The notes below the pieces were generated by a model. That model worked only from the letters and a program-made list of their open reading frames with translations. It did no database searches and was not told where the DNA came from. The position numbers and the translations under genes are program-made. A DNA stretch of 33,770 bases from an uncultured Fibrobacteraceae bacterium (GTDB lineage: Bacteria > Fibrobacterota > Fibrobacteria > Fibrobacterales > Fibrobacteraceae), in assembly GCA_964540355.1 (NCBI GenBank), contig CAZIMU010000002.1, forward strand, positions 1 to 33,770, written 5' to 3'. Below are positions 18,918 to 26,000 of this stretch, piece after piece. Within the stretch, counting starts at the first letter, position 1. The number at the start of each line of letters is the position of its first letter.

Positions 18918-19435
18918 AAAACCTCCCAATTTGTATTTTTTGGTTTTTTTATATACGCTTTGAATGAATTTTCATTTTTTTGCTTTGCCGTGCCGCCGCA
19001 ATAATCTTTGAAGCAAGCGGCAAAATAACCTTCTTTGGTTATACCAGATACACCTATGCGAATTTCAGAAGTAGTGCCATCGTTAAAACAAGCATTGGTA
19101 TTGAAACCATCAACGGGCGAAGCGCATGAGGCAAAAAAACCTTGGCTAAGGATTTCACTGGATATTGTTTTGTATGTAGTTCCAGTCACATTAGTGTCGG
19201 CTATTATTTCTTTGTCAACTATGCGTATTCTCACTGGCTTGTTCATTCGCTTTGCATCCATTGAGGCTCTTTCTGTGAATGTTCTTATTGTTTGCGCGGT
19301 TTCCTTTGCACGGTTTATGAATATGAGTTCTGTTAGGCTAGAATAGGCAAGGGTGGAGAGTATGCCTATAATTATGACAACTACCATCACTTCCAGCAAG
19401 GTAAACCCGCTGCTACAAATCCCTCCATTTTTCAA
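18914..19435 (-). CDS. FimT/FimU/GspH-like minor (pseudo)pilin, left paralog
   Basis: ...GGICSSG|FTLLEVMVVVIIIGIL carries the prepilin motif, with GspH-like NRAKETAQTIRTF..A downstream. The only available start is TTG at 19435, with no SD. It abuts the palindrome after the recombinase stop. Confidence 0.75.
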   Translation of the reverse strand: MKNGGICSSGFTLLEVMVVVIIIGILSTLAYSSLTELIFINRAKETAQTIRTFTERASMDAKRMNKPVRIRIVDKEIIADTNVTGTTYKTISSEILSQGFFASCASPVDGFNTNACFNDGTTSEIRIGVSGITKEGYFAACFKDYCGGTAKQKNENSFKAYIKKPKNTNWEVL

Positions 19436-19454
19436 AACTGCCGCGCTGGCAGTT
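19436..19454. repeat. Perfect 7-5-7 palindrome AACTGCC-GCGCT-GGCAGTT; candidate recombinase core site (left) and/or terminator hairpin
   Basis: Read directly from the sequence. It overlaps the recombinase stop codon and abuts the TTG of the FimT-like gene. 19436-19450 is a 15/15 inverted match to 20554-20568. Confidence 0.6.
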
Positions 19455-20421
19455 ATCTAAAGTAATTTTCGTTCAAGAATTTCACCCATTCTTTGTGAAC
19501 TTTTACCATCCCTTCAAAACCCGCGTCACTCTCGCTAAATACGAAGTCCGCATAGTGTTTCAAGGTGATGTTTATGTTCTTGTGACCAAGCATTTTTGAA
19601 ACTCTCACAATATCAAAACCAGCACTCAAAGCTTGGCTTGCGAAGGTGTGCCTGAACCTGTGGCAATGTATGTTTTTTATGCCTGTTTGAAAGGAGCATT
19701 TTTTTAGCAGCTTTTGGCTTCTGAGATTGAACTTGCGACCGCTGTTTTCCTCAAAAATATGCGCTCGCTTGTAAATTTCAAACATGGTGCTGCTAATGGG
19801 TATTTTCCTCGCCCTGTGCTGCGTTTTTGCGTCTATAACCCCTGAAATTTTTTGAGGAAACACAAAAAGCATTTTCTCCTTGATATTCCACCATTCCTTG
19901 GTCATAAGGGTGGCAGCTTTGCTCTCTATGCCAGTCAAGAGCATAAGCAGAATCATATCGTGAAAATGGGGGTATCTTTTTAGCCATTTTAAGAGGATTT
20001 TGCACTCTTCAATGGAAAAAGGAGTCACGAGCCTTGTATTCTCGCTGGTTTCCGATACGTTTATGCTTTCAAAGGCAAAATTCGGTGCCTGCCCAAGGAA
20101 TCTCTCTGCAAACTTTATGATTGACCTTATCCTCAAAAGTTCCTTGTTTATGGTTGAGGCAGATTTTTTGCCCCTCCATTCCGCATAGCTCCTGGCCTTT
20201 TCCCTAGTTAAATCGCCATAATAGACTATTTTTTGGCTGGAAAACCACGTTTTTATGGTGTAAACTTGCCTTTCAACCTGAGTTTTCCAACTTTTTTTAG
20301 CTTTGGCTGTTTCAGCGAAATCCGCTAGGTAATTTTCCAGTATTTCGCCCCACTTTCTACGCTTTTCCCTTAGGTTTGTAATGCTCAAGAGAAAATCACC
20401 CAAAATTAACTTTTTTTCCAA
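19453..20421 (-). CDS. Tyrosine-type site-specific recombinase/integrase
   Basis: C-terminal HCHRFRHTFAS (HxxR box) and LGHKNINITLKHY (His plus catalytic Tyr). TTG start preceded by AGGAGG. The box I arginine is not evident (LLTGIESKAA). Confidence 0.8.
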   Translation of the reverse strand: MEKKLILGDFLLSITNLREKRRKWGEILENYLADFAETAKAKKSWKTQVERQVYTIKTWFSSQKIVYYGDLTREKARSYAEWRGKKSASTINKELLRIRSIIKFAERFLGQAPNFAFESINVSETSENTRLVTPFSIEECKILLKWLKRYPHFHDMILLMLLTGIESKAATLMTKEWWNIKEKMLFVFPQKISGVIDAKTQHRARKIPISSTMFEIYKRAHIFEENSGRKFNLRSQKLLKKCSFQTGIKNIHCHRFRHTFASQALSAGFDIVRVSKMLGHKNINITLKHYADFVFSESDAGFEGMVKVHKEWVKFLNENYFR

Positions 20422-20508
20422 AAAAGCCCTCCTGATTTGAATTTTTGTCCAGAAAATAATATATATTTATATATGAAGGACATTTTGATTTTTGCGTGTG
20501 GAGTAAAC
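20422..20508. promoter_or_regulatory. AT-rich divergent control region between the recombinase and the right FimT-like gene
   Basis: 87 bp containing AATAATATATATTTATATAT, the SD for the recombinase (minus strand) and a GGAG SD 5 nt before ATG 20509. No experimental support is available. Confidence 0.4.
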
Positions 20509-21102
20509 ATGAAATTTGCCATTTACAGAACCTCTGAGCGGGCTTTGAAAAAAGCCAGCGCGGCAGTTATACAAAATGGTCGGATTTATACTGGGTTTAC
20601 TCTGTTAGAAGTAATGGTGGTGGTATTAATCATAGGTATTCTTGCAACACTTGCTTACTCAAGTTTAATTGAATTAATTTCCACCAACCGCGCAAAAGAA
20701 GTGGCGCAAACAATAAGAACGTTCTCGGAAAGAGCTTTGATGGATGCAAAGCGGCAACACATGGTTGTTAGAATATGTATAAAAGACAATGAGATAAGAT
20801 CCGAAAACCCTACGGAACCTAACGCGACCGTTAATTGCGGCGAAGGAAAAATAATTTCTAGCGAAGCTTTTAGCAATAGTTATAGGGCAGAAAAAAATCC
20901 TCCAGTGTCCGATAAAAAAGATTTCGAAAACCTTGTTACAACCGAAGTTCGCATAGGTCTATCTGGAATAGCTAAGGAAGGTTATTTTGCCGCCTGCGAT
21001 CCTAGAGGCTATTGCGGTGGTGCGGTGAAAGCGAATGATGATAATTCATTAAGAGCATACATAAAAAGAGGGAAAAATTCAACAACGTGGGAGGCTTTGT
21101 GA
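20509..21102 (+). CDS. FimT/FimU/GspH-like minor (pseudo)pilin, right paralog
   Basis: ATG with a GGAG SD and a 29-aa leader MKFAIYRTSERALKKASAAVIQNGRIYTG|FTLLEVMVVVLIIGIL. Paralogous to 18914-19435. The ORF-track start at 20437 was rejected. Confidence 0.8.
   Translation: MKFAIYRTSERALKKASAAVIQNGRIYTGFTLLEVMVVVLIIGILATLAYSSLIELISTNRAKEVAQTIRTFSERALMDAKRQHMVVRICIKDNEIRSENPTEPNATVNCGEGKIISSEAFSNSYRAEKNPPVSDKKDFENLVTTEVRIGLSGIAKEGYFAACDPRGYCGGAVKANDDNSLRAYIKRGKNSTTWEAL
20550..20568. repeat. Candidate recombinase core site (right): AAAAGCC-AGCGC-GGCAGTT
   Basis: The 15-mer GCCAGCGCGGCAGTT (20554-20568) is the exact reverse complement of 19436-19450 and occupies the same reading frame (A S A A V) in both FimT-like genes. 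The left arm matches the ideal palindrome at 5 of 7 positions. Confidence 0.55.
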
Positions 21103-21584
21103 AAAAAGGTTTCGGTCTCCTTGAAGTTTTGGTAGCCGCGATTGTGCTTGGGTTTTTAGTTATGGCGTTAAATAGGTTGCAACTAGGAAACAGAGAAGCA
21201 ATTTTACGCATAAGGACACGCGATGCCGCCAATATCATTGCACAACACGTTTTAGATTCGCTCGGAGCATTGGGCGTAAATGCACTTCCGAATGAGGAAA
21301 AAATAATAGACGACAACCCAGACGATCCCGAAGGAGGTCGTAAATATGCTTTTGGGGGAAAAGACGATAAAAGTGAAATGAAATATTACGTAACTGTAGA
21401 ATACAAGCCTTTAAGCAATCCCGACAATCCCGATAATTTCATAGATGCAAACACACATGAAAATGAAGGTACCAATTTAGTTTCAGCGAGTTCCCAATAT
21501 TTTGCTAGAAACATTCAAGCAACCGTTAAGTGGAAATTTAAAGACACATACCAATCCATAAAAATGTCAAAGGTGGTGAGGTGA
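21099..21584 (+). CDS. PilV/GspI-like minor (pseudo)pilin, right paralog
   Basis: GTG 21099 gives MKKGFGLLEVLVAAIVLGFLV. GTGA overlap with the upstream stop, the same arrangement as the left paralog. Confidence 0.8.
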   Translation: MKKGFGLLEVLVAAIVLGFLVMALNRLQLGNREAILRIRTRDAANIIAQHVLDSLGALGVNALPNEEKIIDDNPDDPEGGRKYAFGGKDDKSEMKYYVTVEYKPLSNPDNPDNFIDANTHENEGTNLVSASSQYFARNIQATVKWKFKDTYQSIKMSKVVR

Positions 21585-23050
21585 GTATGGGGAAGCATAG
21601 CAAATCAGGTTTCACCCTAATAGAACTCGTAGTCTATATAGCTATAATGAGCTTCATAATAGTTGTGGCGGGGCGGGTTTTTAGCGATTCAACCTCTATG
21701 CGTGTACGTAGCCAAAATTTGCTCAAAAGTAGCTCAGAAATTGGCAAACTATCGAATTTGCTAACCGAAGACATTTCACAAATGGGTGTTAAGGCTTGGG
21801 GATCAATTACCACCTGTGAGACTAAAGACAACTACGACAATTGTTACAGAGTCATTTCGCATAACAAGGTATATATGAACGCTGACAACATTGTAAGCAA
21901 TTTAAGAGATTCCTCGTCTTATATACTTGTAAGGAGGAAAATAAATGACCGTTTTGCTGATAGCCTTGTTTTTAGAAAAGCCGTGTTTGATAAAGACGGT
22001 AAATTTATAGCCGTTCACGAGATAGCTTTGTACACCAGCAGAAACGGAGATAGAGACAGCCTTTTCCGCAAATGCCGAGAAGTGGACAGAATTTGCCCAC
22101 AAGAAGCCCCTGAACCTTCTAAATTTTGCCTAACTAACACAACGCAATATAACGATTGTCCTTCCAAAAGCAACATAAACGATGCTCCGAAGGTCTTGAT
22201 GGCAACCGATATTACAAACTTCAAGCTCACCCCTTCTACAACAGGGCAAGAGGTGCCACTTTTCGATGACCAATTTGGCCTATATTCTCCGCTGCCATCT
22301 GGTGATCTGAAACGACCAGGAAAATGCGAAAACAATAACACCGAAACGAAAGTGTCTGAGTTCATATCAAATTATGCTGGCGATAATAATCCACCATCAG
22401 GAAATGCAAAACACGAGCTTTATCTCAGTGATAAGCTCTCGCAAAATTGCGAGACTTGGACGAATTTAGACTGCAAGGAGATGACTTTCGGTGGACAAAA
22501 AACCTACGTAGTTGAGTTCAAAATGCCCTTCAATAATGACGAAAGTACTCAATTCCAACCCAGTAGAGACCATCTATCCATAGGACTTAGAAACAAACAG
22601 GGAACCAAAGTTGATGGTGCGCCCGCAGATGTTCTCTTCTATCCGCCACAAGACATTGCCTCTAGAGATATGGTAAGGCATATTGAGTTTCCTATAAAAA
22701 AAAAGAAAGAGGAATCTATAAAAGCTTGTGTTGCAATAACTATGGCTTTCTATTCCCCAACGGCAAGCAATGGAGAACTTACGTTTGAAGGTTTTAAAGT
22801 GTTCCGCAAAACAGACGAAAGTTTTGATTTTCCAGAATCAGATGTGGCAAGCTTTGGTATATGCGAACCTACAGGTAATTGCACCACTGAGCAAAAAATA
22901 AAAGAGAGAAGAAGTGTGAAAGCCTTTGAGCTTATGGTGGAGATGGCTATAGGCAAAGAGGAAAGAAAATCTGGAACATTCTCACAAAAGGGAAGAGGAA
23001 TTATAGTAGCAACCCCTAACAATGGCGTGAGCGTTACAGTAGAAGAGTAA
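21581..23050 (+). CDS. PilW/GspJ-like minor (pseudo)pilin, right paralog
   Basis: ...HSKSG|FTLIELVVYIAIMSFIIVVAG carries the prepilin motif. The start is GTG 21581 (GTGA overlap) or ATG 21587. Confidence 0.85.
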   Translation: MSMGKHSKSGFTLIELVVYIAIMSFIIVVAGRVFSDSTSMRVRSQNLLKSSSEIGKLSNLLTEDISQMGVKAWGSITTCETKDNYDNCYRVISHNKVYMNADNIVSNLRDSSSYILVRRKINDRFADSLVFRKAVFDKDGKFIAVHEIALYTSRNGDRDSLFRKCREVDRICPQEAPEPSKFCLTNTTQYNDCPSKSNINDAPKVLMATDITNFKLTPSTTGQEVPLFDDQFGLYSPLPSGDLKRPGKCENNNTETKVSEFISNYAGDNNPPSGNAKHELYLSDKLSQNCETWTNLDCKEMTFGGQKTYVVEFKMPFNNDESTQFQPSRDHLSIGLRNKQGTKVDGAPADVLFYPPQDIASRDMVRHIEFPIKKKKEESIKACVAITMAFYSPTASNGELTFEGFKVFRKTDESFDFPESDVASFGICEPTGNCTTEQKIKERRSVKAFELMVEMAIGKEERKSGTFSQKGRGIIVATPNNGVSVTVEE

Positions 23051-23059
23051 GGAGGTTTT

Positions 23060-26000
23060 ATGAAACGCGGTATATCCCTAATAGCTGTTTTGATGTTCAT
23101 GCTTGCCGCTACCACGGCGAGCATAGTCATTTTCCGTATGCTCAGTTCGGAAAATTTCTCCAGCGGAGCGAGGCTCAAAGCAAGCGAGGCTTACAAAGCA
23201 AGTGAAAGCGGCATAGATGCGGTGCATAGCTGGCTGGCAAACCGCGGTGTAGAAGCGGCTGAATTGGTTACTCAATATATGAATCAATCAACTAGATACC
23301 CTTTGAAGATAAACTACGGTGACCCTAATGTTTTTGAAGCTTATGTTATTGGAGCGGATGCTTCGGGTGGAAATGGCAAACCCGTGAGATTGAAAATTCT
23401 TGTGGAAGGCAAGGGAAGAGATAAATCTGTAGTTAGCCAAACAGCAATACTAAAAGTGAGCGGATTGTATAGAACATCAATAAACCCTATAGGCGACATT
23501 CCTGAATCGGATCCGGACGATGTAGATGATCCGCCGCCGCAGGATAATTGTACGCCAACACCTAACCCAGAACCGCCAGTATGCCAGGCAGATCCAATCA
23601 AACCACCATCAACTGGGAAATGCGCTCTCCCTGATTTATGGGGTAATATGGCAACGGTGGGTAGAATAGACGCTAGGACAATGATTATAACCCAAACAAC
23701 TGACGAGTGCAACGGTGGCGGCCAGGGTCTCAATTCCATTAAAATAGGCAAACCTGATTCAGCTGGTTATTTGATACTAGACGGAAATTTTTACGCAAAT
23801 AATGGTATAAATATTTATGGAGATTTGTACGCAAATGGAGCATTTTTTATGTGCGCAAGCGGTAGTGATTGGATAAAAAAAGACAGAAACGGCAAAGGTG
23901 GCAATTTATATGCTAAAGAGTTTCATCCCATGGTTTCCTTTGGTACTCTACTCATTGAAGGCTCGGCATATTTTGCGGATAGTGTGAATCCCAATGTTTT
24001 GCCTAAAAGAGTTTGCAATCCGGCTGGCGGAAATGCACAGCTTGGCTGCCTAGGTGCTTTAGGCGGAGCTGTAAATATTAAAGGCAATACCACTATTAGG
24101 GGACCATATTTTGCTTATACAGGTAACATTTTTTATCAAAACGACTGGCAAAATTGGGGTGGCAATTTGAATTTTAATATGGAAGGTAACTTGGTTATGG
24201 ATAATGTTTCTCATATGAGTTTAAATTATGAAGATAAGGACAATACTTCCTCCAGCAAATTTGAAGTAAAGCAAAATGCGTATGTTAAACAATTTACTAC
24301 CAATCAAAGTCAGAATAAAAATAATGATTCTAAATCTGGGCTTTGGCCTACATTTAATAATTTGTGTTTGGGCGTTGATTATGATGGAACTAAACCGAAT
24401 TATTCCCAAAAGGGTTCAAATCCAAAATTTAATTTTAAAGCAAATGGTACAATAGGGAAGTGCAATGCTAATGCGAGCTGGGGTGCAGATGAGTTGAAAA
24501 ACTTAAAAGAGGAGCTAGAGCTTTCAGGAAACATGACACAGAGCTGCCAGAGACCTCCAGTAAAATTTGATATGAAGATTTATAATGAGGCAAAAAAAAC
24601 TACTCCTGCGAAATGGGTACATAGGGATAACCAGCCTGGGGGATGCGCCTCTGGTTCTGGGCAAATGAATCTATCAAAGGAATGGTCACCTTTATTGACC
24701 GAACTTAATACGTGCTGGAAGAGCAAGAAGTCAGACGAAATTTACAAGAATGACCCAAGCGACAAAAATGAATGGATTGTTATTTATATAAAAGATAATT
24801 ATAATTTTCAAAGAGTTAATGGAAATCTGGGCGATGGCAAATATATTATAATATTTGATTTTGAAAAAAAAATTCCGTTTGACCCTGCTAACCCATACGG
24901 TATCCAATATTTATATCTCCCGCCAACTGGTAAAAATGCAATCGTTATGCTTTATTTTCCCAAAGGTTTTAATGGTAGAATTGAACTAGATGGAAATGAA
25001 AGTGGAAAAATAGCACAGCAATCGGAGTATAACTATTTTATTTTTAGCGATGCAGATATAAGGGAATTTAACACGACAGCAGATAGATTTTTACACGGAA
25101 ATGTTTTTATGAACAACTGCGCAAAGATAAATTTGCCAAGTTCTGCAACCAACCCATATTTTTACTCCAGAGGCAACGATGCCTTTGTGGACCAACTGAT
25201 GGAGTCTAACATTTTATCTGCCACCGAACACTGCCGTAACTTCACCAGCGATAACAATAACACCAATATAACATACACGCTCGAATGTACTTCTCCTCCA
25301 GAAAAAGGCTTTGTGGGCGAGGCAATAAAACCGCCAACAGTTACCTGTAAAGGTTCCAACGGCATATCCAAAACTTGCGGTTTTGATTGGGTGAATGCAC
25401 CGAGTTGGAGTTGTCCTCAGGAAGGTACATATAATGTAGGAGTAAAGGCAAATGCAAACTCAGGAAACTGTCAAAATAGTTCACCTGTTCAGTGCGGTAA
25501 AAATATTACCTTAACAATATCCAAACCGCAGAACACCACTCTCACTTGCAAGGGATTGCCTAAAAAAGGCAAGGTAGGTGAAGAAATAAGGAAGCCAAAA
25601 GTTAGATGCGGCGGCCAAACGATTGAAAGCGGTTTCTCTTTTATGGGGATGGAGGAGCCAAATTGGAAAAATCCTGTGGAGGGTTCATACACTGTAAGTG
25701 TAAAGGCAACCTCTGGAACTTGTAGTCCTAAGATCGAAGAATGCGGTACATTAACAGTGACAAAAGACGAGCCTATAGACAATAAAAATGAACCTTGGAT
25801 ACCAATATCCAGCCGCCTTGCGGTAAAGTTGGAAAGCAAGGAAATAAGCAAACAAAGAATAGACGATAGAGGTCATGATGATAATAAACTTGCTAAGTCA
25901 ATACTTGTAATGCCTCGCGTGGTGCGCATATTGGAATCGGACCCTGTTATCTCACGTAAATATATCCGCAATCGTTATTCATATATGTATATGAATGGAG

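Noticed and set aside
19453-20421. Integrase marking a prophage or ICE boundary
   Set aside because: The window has no tRNA target, no phage or conjugation genes and no direct att-like repeats. The gene sits between the two pilin operons.
20437-20508. Upstream extension of the right FimT-like ORF from a non-ATG start
   Set aside because: It has no SD and lies in the AT-rich control region. ATG 20509 has a GGAG SD at the correct spacing.
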